Part shown: positions 25,850 through 38,129 of the stretch, piece by piece
Layout: each line of letters begins with the position of its first letter
Position numbering within the stretch: position 1 is the stretch's first letter
Assembly (NCBI RefSeq): GCF_018977255.1
Contig: NW_024704742.1
Span: 127,536,001 to 127,600,000 of the forward strand
Source: Callorhinchus milii
Lineage: Eukaryota
Length of the DNA: 64,000 nucleotides
Reading direction: 5' to 3'
Made by a program: the position numbers and the translations under genes
Notes under the pieces: model-generated
What the model saw: only the letters and a program-made list of their open reading frames with translations
What the model was told of the DNA's origin: nothing
The model's database searches: none

Positions 25850-27000
25850 ACACTTTTAACCCCATTTTGTGAAAAAATGATCATGATGTTTAGATTGGGT
25901 AAAACTAATGCATTTCACTCTTTCAGATCCAACTTTTTCCCCCATGTGCAACTATTTACATAACACAAATAGAAAAGTAAAGGAATAATGTTAAAAGTGG
26001 AATTCTGTACAAAACAGCTCTTACATATATAATATTGTAGAACAGAAACATTGCACTATACCCTATGGTTGGAATCAGTATTCCTAATGCAATCCAGGCT
26101 TTCTAAGTTACATATGGCTATCTAACACAAATGTTCCATTCTGTATCACAACACGTTTATCTCTCAAACTTTCACAATGATAAAATCATTGCTTTAAACC
26201 AATTTAAACCTTGTTAAACTCTAAATTTGACATTTCGAATAGATTGTTGTTTCTGACTTACACTTAACACTTTTCCTGCTAAAAAGAAAGGTTTCTGACT
26301 TTCTTGGACCAACGCTGCACTAATAGACTGTTGGATATTTATATAAAAATTTTTGAATGAGACCAGAATTTCCAGTGGTTTCAGTGGGCTGCTTTTTTTA
26401 ATAACAATGAGGATCAGAGAGTAGCTTTGGAGCAAAAATCCTACTAAGCCTATGTTTGTGGGTTTTTGATCCACAATTACATCATCAGGAAAATCCAGTG
26501 TTTCCACAAAATTCAGACCACTTGAACACATGTCATTGTAATAATAATTAAATAATATCAATTGTCAATCTGCAAACATGTTGTCAACATACTCTTTTAC
26601 CTTTGCACTGGGTAAGCCTTTCAGGTGCAGGCTAACACCTTAACAAACCCACAAAAATAGCCACATATTTTTGGAAGACGCTCATCTATGTGTATTGAAA
26701 AATGTCAGACAGAAACCTGGGATTCTCCAGAGAAGGATTTTAATATTAGTGTTACATGACGACGTCCTCCCGATGTAAAAGGCGCTATACAAATGTAATC
26801 TTGTTGTTGTTTTAGCCTTGGGCTAATGGTCTGTTGTTAATTTATCACCAAATATGCAAAAACACTCATATTGTCAGACAAATTTAACTCTATGCAGTGA
26901 TTTCTCACTGATTTCTCCCGAAATTCTCGTAAAGCTTTTCATATTAATGGGTTTTAAGGCAAAATGTTCCACTAATATTGAATCAAAAGCTTTAAAAAAA
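25850..27000 (-). pseudogene. LRR to LRRCT relic
   Basis: IELNLSDN (~26870), SGLNFVETLDF, LKPLEILVSFKN, KVLSVSQ (ORF 26214..26561), QGLNWFKAMILS..TCCDTEW. Confidence 0.55.
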
Positions 27001-27494
27001 ATGTAAGAATGATGCATTGTAGTGCGAAGGATAACTGAATAACAATGGCGGTAAAAATGGTGGTATTCCTAAACAAATTCCATTCCTTCATTAAAAAATA
27101 TTGTAAAAATGTGTTTTGAAATAACATTCCCCTGCACCCCAACGCAGCAAATGTTGAAAATCGTCTAACAAAGAATCGGACCCAAATGTTAACATAGATC
27201 GGCTTTCAGATACTCATTGAACTTATGTGAATTTTTAATGCTTGTTTTCATTTCACAATCCAAATGTATTTTTGTAACACAGTGGTTTTACCTCTTTCAT
27301 CTTGTTCAACAGCTAATTCCAAATACACGTTTCAATCAGAACTTGTCTTAAGTTCCGTCTTTCTATGAAACTTAACCTCTTTATTATCTTTCTTCATTCA
27401 CAATTGTGATCAATCTTGCTGTTCTTTTCTGTATATGTGCCATTTTGTGTGAATGGAGCTGCAAGTATAATAAGAAAAATAATCCCTGGATTTG

Positions 27495-27788
27495 ATATAA
27501 TAATAATAATCCTTGCATTTGATATAGAAGCTTATCATGTTTTTGAGACGTCTCAAAGTGCCTCACGGAATATACTGTAAAGTGAATTGACTGTAAATAT
27601 TTTGGGCGAAATGCGGCAGCCAATTGCGCACAGCAGTGTCCCACAAACAATCGTGGATTGAAGTTATTTTTCTGAAGGAATTACCCCAAGAAAAGTGATC
27701 CGCCAATCGACTAACAACCGGGTTCCTACCTAATGCTAGGTAAACAGAGATGTGTGGAGTAAGGAAATTTGCCCAACATTATGCCCTG
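27495..27788 (-). mobile_element. tRNA/Deu SINE, long form, 5'-truncated
   Basis: Family match; duplicated tail end at ~27470-27495. Confidence 0.9.
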
Positions 27789-27789
27789 T

Positions 27790-29970
27790 TATGAAATATG
27801 AAAATTCATAACGAATTTGGAGTGATTTTCATCTTGCAGGATGGGCTGTAGTAAAAATACTGGTGGGGACAACATCTTCCTCAACAAATTCAAACTTTGC
27901 TCAGATCAATCAACTGCATGCTCGTGTTCACCCACAAAATACACACAGTCATATTACAGTATATACTGTGAAGTACTGTAAGGGTCTTGACGATTTGGTA
28001 AGGCGTTATATCAAATGCAAGAATTATTATTAGATAAAGACAACTCTCACTTGATATTATTAAAGGGCACATGTTTCTATCCATTCATAAAGGCAGACCA
28101 TAGAACTGAACAGCCACCCTTTTTCTGACTTGGGCAGAATGGTGTGGTCCTCAGGCCAATATTCACAAAATGTTGCCCGTTGCTTAACAGTTCCCCATTT
28201 ACGTTCTCTGATGCTGGAGCTTGTATTTAAATGTTGCTTCACAGGATGAAGTAGCCTTAGCATAATGGATTATCTCCTTCGAAATCTTCATTTGTGTCTT
28301 CTCCTGATTACAATTAAGTGAAGCAAAAAGTAGGACACCCACTTATCTCAATCGGTAGCCTTTCAAATAGCAACAAATGCTGGTGTCAGAATCATATCAA
28401 AAATAAAATAAGGGATGTTGATATACAGAAATTTATCAATAAATCAGTTGGGTGCCATGATTCCATCCACAATTTCACTTCAGTGAAGTTGTAAATGACA
28501 GGAAATATTTCTGGTAGCATATTGTAAAAGGTAGCAACAGTTTGAAAAGTAGATGATTAAAGCAAACTCTGGTAACCTCTGACTGAACTGACTGAACAAT
28601 AAGCAGGTTGCTGTAGATGATGGGGGGAGTTTATTTCTGGGTACTTTTTTGAAAAGCTGCATTGGCAGAATGTTAATGGGCATAAGTACATCAGCTTTCC
28701 TATCTTCCACAGATTGGAAGAACCCCTACATTCCTGTCAAATCAAACTGCTTCAGACTGATGTGGGGAGGAGCATAAGGGTTTGGGGAAGTTGGACAAAC
28801 AGCAGCCATAATGTTTGGTTATTGTTGATTCTGTCAGCCTGGCTCAGTTGGGAGCACTCTCGCTTGTGAGGCAGAAGGGTGTGGGTTCAAATCCCACGTT
28901 GGCACTTTGAGTTCACAGTCTAAGCTAAGGTTCCAATACAATGCATTGTCCGACAATAAGATGTTAAACTAAGATCCAGTCTGCCTGTCCAGGTGGAAAC
29001 TTAAGATCTCATGGCACTATTCAAAAGTAGAAGAGAATTTCTCCCGGTGTCATGGCCAATAATCCCCCAGATAAAATTGTTCCTTCACTTCATGGCGTTT
29101 TGTGAAACATGGAATTTTTGGCTCATTTGGGATAGAATTTCTCTTCTGTGGACGTGAAGAGTTGAGACTCTTGTAATTGCTCTATCCATTATAGGGCATT
29201 GCATTACAGTTTTTCTAATTACCTACATAGAATAGGCTTTATTTCTTAAAATATATGTAATTTTTTTAAATATGGAAATAAACAGGAGTAGATAAAAGAT
29301 TGTTGTTGTTTTGTCCAGATTTTAAGGGAGGAATTTAAACAAGCAGGTCTGATGGTATCGTACACCACTAAAGAGCTTTATGAGGGTATGAACTTCAGCA
29401 AAGCCCAGAGGCTAAAATAATCATGTCAGCTCATTGGCAGCTATTTATTTCTTCTGTACTGTAAGCTAAAATGAATGTTGTGCAAACCACGTGTAAACTG
29501 TGTGTAAAGAGGGTATTTAGGTGCCCCAATTATATATTGAATAATCGCCCAAAAAAGGACTTGCCAATCTGATTATGATTCTAATTTCTCTCAGCCATGC
29601 GCTAAAAATATTAGCTCAGTATAATTTATCTGAGCAGAATAAAATACTACGCAGGACATAGGGCACCATAACAATCAGAGTATAGCATTTTGAGAATGGC
29701 TGCTTGATCTCCGTTAAAGTTCCAATATGTTGGTTGTCAGCAGATTTGTAAGTTGTTTGAATGTTGGCAATTCAGAGCTATAATGCGTGTAAAGCCATAA
29801 ATGCCAATACCAATTTTATGCTGTCTGGTTCTTAGGTTTAATACTGGAAAGAAATTAACCACTTTACACTTGTTTGCAGACATGAACATTGCTCTTTGTG
29901 GCCAGGCTCTTTGTAACCCAACTGAACGTCTTACACAACCTGTAAGAAATTAAGTCTGCTGCAAATTATT
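27790..29970 (-). pseudogene. Near-complete TLR relic (LRRNT, LRRs, TM, TIR)
   Basis: CSRLNFLQV, PTFKQLTNLL, NHNQIGKSFFGRL, NNNLLST, LFPYLKKLHI, NILPMQLFKKVP. TM followed by DKWVSYFLLHLIVIRRR. TIR: YWPEDHTILPKSEKG..VCLYE and EEDVV..VFLLQPILQ..HSKF (~27810-27875). Confidence 0.7.
28834..29105 (+). mobile_element. Old tRNA/Deu SINE
   Basis: tcagcctggctcagttgggagcactctcgcttgtgaggcagaagggtgtgggttcaaatccc head. Confidence 0.85.
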
Positions 29971-29989
29971 ATTTTGAATGAATCCATAA

Positions 29990-30255
29990 CAATAACACCC
30001 CAAAGTTGGCTAGGTCACTGGGAAATACTCTTCTCATTTCAAATTTTGCCAGGGGATCTTTATTGTCCATTTGAGCAGGCAGATAAGGATCTCAGTTTAT
30101 TGTCACATCCAAAAGATGGTACCTCCGACGATGCAGTGGTTCCTCCAATACTGTGGTGGAGTGTCTGGCTAGATCATGAGGTCCAAGTCATCTCGGGGCT
30201 TGGACCCACAATCTTCGATTCCCAGAGGCAAGAGAGCTACCGACTGAGCCAAGAT
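29990..30255 (-). mobile_element. Old tRNA/Deu SINE
   Basis: Reverse complement of the 28834-type family (..ctaccgactgagccaag). Confidence 0.75.
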
Positions 30256-30478
30256 GCACCTGTTAGATGGCATCAAATATCTCCACTGGAGAGACTTCAT
30301 GAGAGGATAACTAGCCTCCATGATTCTATGGGTTAAAAACCCTATTGATCTTCAGTGCCCAAGCCTACATGTGAGAATATGTTTGCGTAAGGTATTGAAG
30401 GGCTGCTAGACTCATGGGACTCTGGCTTCTACACAGTCTGTCAAACACAGAACATGTACACAGTCACTACACTCAATT

Positions 30479-31052
30479 CTAGCTTCTTACCATTTTGAAG
30501 AGAGAAGAAAATAAATTGATACTATATGCTGTCTTGTCAATGGGTATTAGAAATGATTTTTTGTTTGAAAGTATTCCTAGAAATCCTTGCTTTCCAATTT
30601 TCTTTGCAATGCATTTTGCAAAATAATATGTTTCAACAATGCCTTTCAACTTTCCAAATGTGTAAGGTAAAAAAACACAGCTGTATAAATATTTCATTAA
30701 AATTTTCTTGGTGTACAAAAGGAGTCTACTTGGTTCTGATCTACTTTGTAAGCACCAGGCTGGAGTTAAGAAAAATAAATAGGTTACCTTTTACAAGGAC
30801 CATTTCTTGGGAGATGTCCACCTCAAAGTATTGTAGGAAGCCTATTCTAATTATTGACACTATGTCAGACAAAGCTTTGTATTGATACCCAAACAAGTAT
30901 CTCCTGTGAACACCATGCAAATGTAAGATTACCCAAACAGAGCAATTAAGGAAAAGATGGCTCAGGTTACCACACTGTTGACAGTCAACTGCAGAATGAC
31001 CATCTGCCCAGGTGGAGCTCATGGGCAAGGTCAGATGGAGCAGACAAGTCAT
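30479..31052 (-). pseudogene. Signal/LRRNT and LRR relic
   Basis: AVDCQQCGNLSHL, FEVDISQEMVLVKGNLFIFL; FLPYTFGKLKGIVETYYFAKCIAKKIGKQGFLGI fits 24-residue LRR spacing. Confidence 0.5.
30526..30900 (+). pseudogene. TIR relic
   Basis: ORF 30526..30885: QWVLE..VFLE..FSLQC, KKHSCINISLKFSWCTKGVYL, SKYCR..MSDKALY*YP, with TIR-like spacing. Confidence 0.55.
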
Positions 31053-31209
31053 ACCATGTAGGAAATGTTACATGTAAGAGGAATGTATTGCATGTCATCT
31101 TCTTTAAATCTTGCAGTACTGCAGAACTCCTAATGTGACATTAAAAAGGGAGTATTAATTTAGACTTTAAAAGTTGCATTATAAACCTTGAATTTGATAT
31201 AGCACCTTA

Positions 31210-31805
31210 TTGACGGCCAGGCCTTCTGCCACTCTGCCCCCACCCTCTGGAATTCCATCTTGCAGTCCCTCTGCCTTGACCCCCCCCTCCTTTACCTCCT
31301 TCAAGACCCTTCTCAAGACCCTCCTTTTTGACTCGTGGAGTCCTGTAGCTCAGTGGTTAGAGCACTCGCTTTCCAAGCGAGAGACCTGAGTTCAATTCCC
31401 AGCAGGGCGAAACCTTGGGCAAGTTTCCTTACTCCACACAGAGCCTAATAATAATCCCTCCAAAACCAAAAACAATAATAAAAATTGGTCATTTTCAATC
31501 TACGACTGTTTGTGGGATATTGCTGTGCGCAATTGGCTGCCACGTTCGCCCACAAATATACAGTCAATTCACTTTACAGTGTGTTCTGTGAAGCGCTTTG
31601 GGATGTCCTCCCGACGTGAAAAGCGCTATATCAAATGCAAAGATTATTATTATTATTATTATGCTTTCAATCACTCTTCTTCACCCCTGCTCTCCACCCT
31701 CCACAATCCCAACCCCCAGCTCGGGTTCGAAACACTGACTGTCCAGCTCCTTGGGACGTCCTCCTGACATGAAAGGTGCTATACAAATGTAATTTTGTTG
31801 TTGTT
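31210..31805 (+). mobile_element. L2 3' end with a young short-form SINE (31337-31660) inserted
   Basis: L2 tail breaks at ctcctttttgactcgt and resumes at gctttcaatcac after the SINE (tta)n tail. Confidence 0.9.
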
Positions 31806-31869
31806 TTTGTTATCATGTTGTTGAGACGGGATATACAACCAAAAAAGGAAGCATTTACTGGACTTACAG

Positions 31870-32760
31870 ACAGAGTTTAGTTAATATTAACAAGTTGGGC
31901 ATGCATGTGTAGGTGGAATCATGGTATCCTCAGTTTGGTTTGGAGACTCTTAAGCATGGTGATGGGTTATTGCATGTGTTATCACTGAGAATTCCATGCA
32001 TCCCACCTACACATGGAAATTCCAGAGATAGATTGTTGGAATGGAAGACGCTCTCTCCCTGGTTTACCCAATTTCAGAAAGTTTTAGGTGCAGATTGGCA
32101 AGAATCTAGGCCAGTTTAACTCCAAGGAGACCCGCTTATGTTCCCACTGAATGTCAAGACAAATCCTGTGGTCTCCTGTAGGGTATTGGTTACAGCACTC
32201 ACCTCGCAAGCGGGTGCAAACAATTTCCATGTAAAGGTGCCATACGTACGTAGTACTCTCTCAGTCTGGTTTGGAGACTCTTTGACATAATGCTGGGTTC
32301 TCGCATGTATCAGAAGTCTAGCTAACCAACATGGTGGTGTGTATTGAAATGGAATGCACAATCTCTCCCTGGAGGGATGCATCTTGCTTACTTAATTCCG
32401 GAGAGTATTAAGTGCAGGTAGTCGAGAGCCAAGGCTTGGGGACCCTAGCATGTGCGTACTGGAGTTTAACCTTCCAAAGCTGCAGAGCTTGATATTGAGA
32501 GCATTGTCTGGCAAGCTTCCCACTGCTTGTCAGCTCGGACAATCCTACCCATCAGGGCTTTGGCTTGGAGAGTGAGCAGGAGCTGAGTGGGAAGAATCCC
32601 TGCCTCCAGGATCTAGCCTACCCCTCCAAGTCCTGTTGACAAGCTAAGCTGGCTAGTCTGTCATTAGCAGTGACTTAGAGAACTGCAAATCAACTTGGCT
32701 CAAGCATTCTAGCATTCTGTTGCCAAGCACGTTAGCTCGGAGCCAGCTCAGCTCCAAGGA
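31870..32760 (-). repeat. Unclassified interspersed repeat, copy 2, with internal inverted repeat
   Basis: 32350-32760 is the reverse complement of ~15960-16390; 31903-31933 pairs with 31985-32018. Confidence 0.75.
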
Positions 32761-32844
32761 AACCCTGTTTACCAAATGATTTAACATGAGATAAAGACTG
32801 ACAAACACAACGGCCTTGCTAGTTGTTAAAAGACAATCAGCTTC

Positions 32845-33600
32845 ACCCAAGTCTTCTGGATCTGAAATATGACTTTGCTGAAAGTTGAAATTACCAATAG
32901 TTTCATTATTCCTAATTCTTCATCTGCTTTCAATACTATTTTCCCCCAAAAAATAAATCCCAATTTTTGCTGCTGAATTTCCAGAAGAATGAAACCTAAT
33001 ATGTTTTGCTTTGCCCAGAAATTAAGCCACTGTTACTTTGCACTGTTTTAACTGTGTGCTCTCTCTCAATGGGAGACATTCATGCAGTCTATCAACAGAA
33101 TAACTGTGTTTGCAGCACTCGAAAAGACAAATGTCTCTGTACTAATAACATGTTGGTTTAAGTCCCTGCTGCATGATAAGTAATTGTATTTTCCTCTCCA
33201 GGAGATTTATCTTGTAAAATATTAATGAATGTTTCATCGCTGTAAGAGTTGCATATAATAATTAAGTGGTTAAACAAAGATTGATCTAAAGATGTGGGTT
33301 TAAATTAATTGGATACATTGATCAAAAATAGAACAAAATTAGTGTTGTCTTATGCTGGGGCTAGTTTCTGCCAGAACCTTGCAGCTTTATCTTATTTAAA
33401 TGCCTGATATAAACGTGACGGGCTGAACAATGAGCTGACAGGAATAAGATATAAAAGCTCCAGGGTTAAGAGAAATGGATTCCTGCAGCTCGAAAATACC
33501 CACATAATAAGGACCTGGGCAATTACAAGCCGTTTATTACTATGTAGTTTGCAAGTGTTCCCAGTGGCCAATTGTTGTTTCAATCACTTACTTGTGGCTG
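32845..33600 (+). pseudogene. Multi-LRR relic
   Basis: SLLDLKYD, FLLLNFQKN, TVFAALEKTNVSVL (compare TLR3 TFLGLKWTNLTML), PLQEIYL, GLN*LDTLI, FCQNLAALSYLN. Confidence 0.6.
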
Positions 33601-34399
33601 GAAAAAGTTCTTTGTTAATGGAGTGGATGAAGTAATATTTCCACTGCCTGGGTTTGTTATTAATGCAATTCCTTTGGAAAATAAGAAAAACCTTGCATCA
33701 CTTGCCATTTTACAGCTCATTATGCTCCACGAAAGCCATTGATATGCAAGAATCAGTATCCAGATATCTGTGTAAAATCACTGGTGCACTAAACAAACTC
33801 TGGTTCAATCAGGGGGATTTCTAAAATGATTTGTAGTTTTGCACATTATTTGCTGCATTTAATGATGGTTACAATCATTGCACTTGATATGGCGAGAGGA
33901 CAACTCAAAGAGCCTCACAGGATTCACTGTAAAGTGTACCGATTGTGTATTTTGTAGCCAAGTTGGAATATTTAGTGTTACTGAGGCCAACCATTCCCTT
34001 TGCTCAGTAGCAAAAACCTGCTTCATGTCCTCTGCCCTATCCGCCCCACCATCGGTGGGCAAGCATTCAGTCTTTTGAGCCCACTCTCTGGAACGCCACT
34101 CTGAAGTCCCTCCAACCTGCCCCCTTCCTCACCTTGATGAAGGTCCATCTCAAGAACTACCTCTTTGACCATGCTTTCGGGCACCTTTCCCCTCTGTTTC
34201 TTAAATGAGTTTAGTATTCTCCTGGTCTCTACCATCCTTCCTAGTAAATCATTCTGGCTGTTGATAAAATTGGTCATTCACATGGCTGCTTGTGGGACAC
34301 AGCTGTGCATAAAATGTCTGGCTACAAAATCTACAGTCACTACGCCATACTTTTCTAGTAAATCTTATAGACCTTCTCCTGATGCTAAATCTCCCATTT

Positions 34400-34535
34400 A
34401 GCGAATTATATACTTATCTGTTGTTGTTTTTTGTTGTTTATATACAGTTCTTCTACAAAGTCTCCCCACAGATATAACTTTTCAAAGCTCAAGAAACCTA
34501 ACCTGTCTAGACGTTCCTCATAACTTGCCTCCTCT
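34400..34535 (+). pseudogene. LRR relic
   Basis: TFQSSRNLTCLDVPHNL at 34477-34527, near-canonical LRR. Confidence 0.6.
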
Positions 34536-34659
34536 TTACTGCCTCTAGGTCCTGGGCAGTCCCACTATGCTCATAATTATAAGCAGTAACTAGAGCATTA
34601 TACGGGTTTAGCTTGTCTGTTTGGGATCCAAAGTCAATTGATTTGACAAATATTGCCCA

Positions 34660-35010
34660 GTGTGCTTTTTGTTTTAAAATCCCAAGGAAAGAGTAAGGTG
34701 GGCAAGGAGTTTTCTACAGTTTTGAAGTACTGGAAACAAATGAGTTGGAGTTGGAAACAGTGAAGCACGTTTTGAACACAATGATGATGTGAGGAAGAGA
34801 AACAACATGTAGGATGTAATATTTTAAACTTGGGAAGAGCAACAGAAGGAAATGACCTTAATAGAATCAATAAAATAGACAAGAAACAAAGTAGGTGGTG
34901 GCAGAAAAATGTGAGGGAAGGAACACTTATCAGACGAACCTGTTTTTGAATCCTATCCAGCAGCGAGGGGGAAATGCTACTGAACCCTACCCAGATGTGC
35001 TTGCCAAGGT
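34660..35010 (-). mobile_element. Old CR1-group LINE 3' fragment (distinct family)
   Basis: HIWVGFSS..LLDRIQKQ.RLISVPSL in ORF 34634..35143. Confidence 0.65.
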
Positions 35011-35065
35011 TATTGAGAACATTTCCAGAGGTGCTATAAATGCTGCCAGAATCTGTGCTTGAACA

Positions 35066-35250
35066 GTGATATACAATATTTATGATGAAAAAGACAAGTC
35101 TCCTCCCACAAATGTAGAGGAGGTGGCGGGCTTGGCAGCTCATGACAGCTCAAGCTTAAACATATCTGAATCCTTCGATACGTGTATTGACCAAAGTGGT
35201 GTGTCCAGCTTACAAAGGGAAAAGGGGAGTCTCAATTACAGTGACTCTTT
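35066..35250 (+). pseudogene. TLR5-like LRR relic
   Basis: YNIYDEKD..VAGLAAHDSSSLNISESF..SSLQ..SLNYS; compare TLR5 HNIKDPD..FAGLARSSVRHLDLSHGF. Confidence 0.55.
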
Positions 35251-35967
35251 TAAAAATTAAATAAATGAATGTAAAAGAAAATGATAAAAGCTTGAATGGA
35301 GGTACACGTAACAGCCATTTTCCACCAAGCAAAGTTCCACAAACAGCAATGGGCTGAATGAGTTACTAATGTGGCAGATTTTTGGCTAGGCCACCAGAGA
35401 AACTCCCTTCTCTTTCTGCATGGTGCCAAGGGATCTTTCATAACTACTGGCACAGCCAGATGGACCTGTGTGTTTAACATCTCACTCAAAATGTTTTAAT
35501 ATTGATAACCTTTGATTTCTTCTGTGAATTTATGTTGAATTTTTGGTATTACTTTAATTCAAACAGTGAATGTTGATAAGATGTTTGAGGTACAGTACTA
35601 ACTGAGAGTTGCTGCTACACTTGACAGAGTCAGTGTGCCGTACTTTTAAAATGAGATGATGAATGATTTCCCTGGGGTTAATAAATATGGGCCCTGTTTT
35701 TTCAAGTGTTAGTGATTTTTACACCAAAGTGCAAAAGTGGAAAACAGTGCTCTTGGTGTGAAAGCTTGTTTTGACGGTGTGAATGTCACAGTATGTTTTC
35801 CTGTATGGTTTTTAACTCAGCAGCAACTACTTATCCCTTGTGGTACATAATCACCGACTAAACCAGTCACTGTGGAACAGATACAATTCAGCCCATTAAA
35901 TATGCCATTTGGGCTCCTGCATAAGACTAAGTAGATCTAGGATTTGATACATCCACCAAACAAAAGT

Positions 35968-36203
35968 TAGATGTGAAAAGGTCAGACGTTGGAATGATCT
36001 GCCTGAAAGGGTAGTGAAGTCCGATTCAATAACAGCTTTTAAGAGAGAACTGGATAGGTATCTGGGGAAGACGGGTTTGCAGGGTTATGGGGAGAAAGCT
36101 GGTGATTGGGGTCAGTGAAAGTGACTTGCTCTGTCAAAGAGCCGGCACAGACTCGATGGGCCGAATGGCCTCCTTCTGTGCCGTAACATTCTATGAATCT
36201 ATG
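35968..36203 (+). mobile_element. CR1 3' end
   Basis: Paralogous to 4185-4400. Confidence 0.85.
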
Positions 36204-36259
36204 AACTAGGTATGCTTTCCCAATAGTAGTAGATACAGTTAGATTAAAGAGGAGGAGCT

Positions 36260-36690
36260 GTAACAACAACAACAACTTGGATTTATATAGTGCCCTCCAC
36301 GCTGGACGGTGTCTCAGAGCGCTTCCCAGTAACGGATCCCGGGGCTGAGCCAGGGGGAGCGGGAAGAAGGCCAAAGGCGCGGTCGAAAAGAAATGTCTTT
36401 AGCCGAGATCTGAAAATAGGAAGAGAGGGGGCGAGGTGAAGGGAGTGAGGAAGGGAGTTCCAGAGCCTCAGGGCATAGTGGCTGAAGGCATGGCCGCTGA
36501 GGGTGGAACGGAGGACTCGGGGGACAAGGAGGAGACCAGACCCGGTGGAGCGAAGGCAACGGGCACTGTTTTGAGGAGAGAGGAGGTCAGAGAGGTAGGG
36601 GGTGTAGAGGAGTGGAGGGATTTGAAGACAAGAGTGAGGGTCTTGAATTGAACAATATAACGTTCTAATGGAGAAAGAGGGAAGCCTGGA
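36260..36690 (-). mobile_element. L2 3' end
   Basis: LRLWNSLP..FRSRLKTFLFDRAF; (caa)n tail on the plus strand. Confidence 0.9.
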
Positions 36691-36692
36691 AC

Positions 36693-37024
36693 ATAATAAT
36701 CTTTGCATTTGACATAGCGCCTTATCACGTCTTCGAGACGTCTCAAAGTGCTTCACAGAATATACGGTAAACTACTATACAGCAGCCCATTGTGCACAGT
36801 AGTGTCCCACAAACAGTCGTGGATTGAGTGACCAAATTATTATTATGTTTTTTTTTGAAGGGATAATTATCCCCAGAAAGTGATCCACCAATCAACTAAC
36901 AACCAGGTTTTTACTTACTGCTCGGTAAACAGAGGTGTGTGGAATAAGGAAACTTGCCCAAGGTTTCACCCTGTTCCTCTCACTTTGTGAGGTGAGTGCT
37001 CTAACCACTACACTACAGGATTCC
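36693..37024 (-). mobile_element. tRNA/Deu SINE, long form
   Basis: Family match. Confidence 0.9.
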
Positions 37025-37049
37025 ACAGAAGTAGGATTTCAAAGGAACC

Positions 37050-37400
37050 TCTGAACCTTTTAACTGCTCTGCTTTTGCTGTATGTATCATGGCCAACATC
37101 AACCTTCCAGCAACCAGTTTCTTCCAAGCTTTAGGAAGTGAGTTTGCTGGTGTTGGCCATACATTAATCTCAAATGTATCTGTTTCTCCTGGGATCATAT
37201 TGTAAAGATTTTATGTTATTTCTGGCTTTCTGAGAATGTTGGGTGTGATGGATTGCGTCCACATGGAGATACATGAGATACATGCACCATCAGTCAATTC
37301 TGTGGCATGCATCAACCATAAGAGGTTCTGTTTCCTCAATATGAAAGTGTTCTACGATGCCTAGAAAATGATCTTACCGATTACTGCCAAGTATTCAGGC
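37050..37400 (-). pseudogene. TIR C-terminal relic
   Basis: GKIIF, D*WCMYLMYLH (~37261-37295), INVWPTPANSLPKAWKKL (WP..W.KL box; ORF 37013..37198). Confidence 0.6.
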
Positions 37401-37804
37401 TCCACATATAACTTATTCATTCTACACCAGTCACATGCACTCTGTTTATTTGAATAGAACAAGCGAAGTGGGCTTTGAATAACCTAATGCTCTGGGTACT
37501 TTTGGTGAATTTTACCGCTAGCAATACTAAACCTTAAGAAAAAAAAGATATACAGTGAAAACCTGAGTACTGCATCATCTCTTCCAAATGAACATAGAAA
37601 TGAAAAATTGCAATGTGTGATGTGAGAATTTGCGCAATGAACGCGATTGCAGACAAACTAGTTATAATAATAATCCTTCCATTTGATGTAGCACTTTCAC
37701 GGTTGGGAGGACATCTCAAAGCGCTTCACTGTAAAGTGTAGTGACTGTGTATTTTGTGGGTGAATATTGCAGCCAATTTGCACACAGCAGTAGTTGACAT
37801 GAAA

Positions 37805-38090
37805 CAACAACAACAACAAATTGCACTTGTTTAGCGCCCTTCACGCCGGAAAGACGTCCCAGGGCGCTAGACAGTCAGGGGTTTTGATCCTGAGCTGGGA
37901 GTTGGGGTCAGGAGGGGTGGAGGGCAGCGAGTGGAGGTGGTAGGGTGGCCGAAGGCACGGTTGAAGAGGAAGGTCTTTAGACGGGACTTGAAGAGGCAAG
38001 AGGTGAGGCAGAGGGATTGGGGGATAGAATTCCAGAGTGTGGGGGCAGAGATGCTGAATGACCGACTGCCAATGGTGGGTTTGGATATCT
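37805..38090 (-). mobile_element. L2 3' end
   Basis: PTIGSRSFSISAPTLWNSIP..FKSRLKTFLF. Confidence 0.9.
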
Positions 38091-38129
38091 GGTAACACCA
38101 CCCACACTTCCAATTTGAGCTCAATGCTT

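Noticed and set aside
35490..35800. Weak LRRNT on minus and weak TIR on plus (NDFPG, KTVLLV)
   Set aside because: Only two or three short motifs each; not counted.
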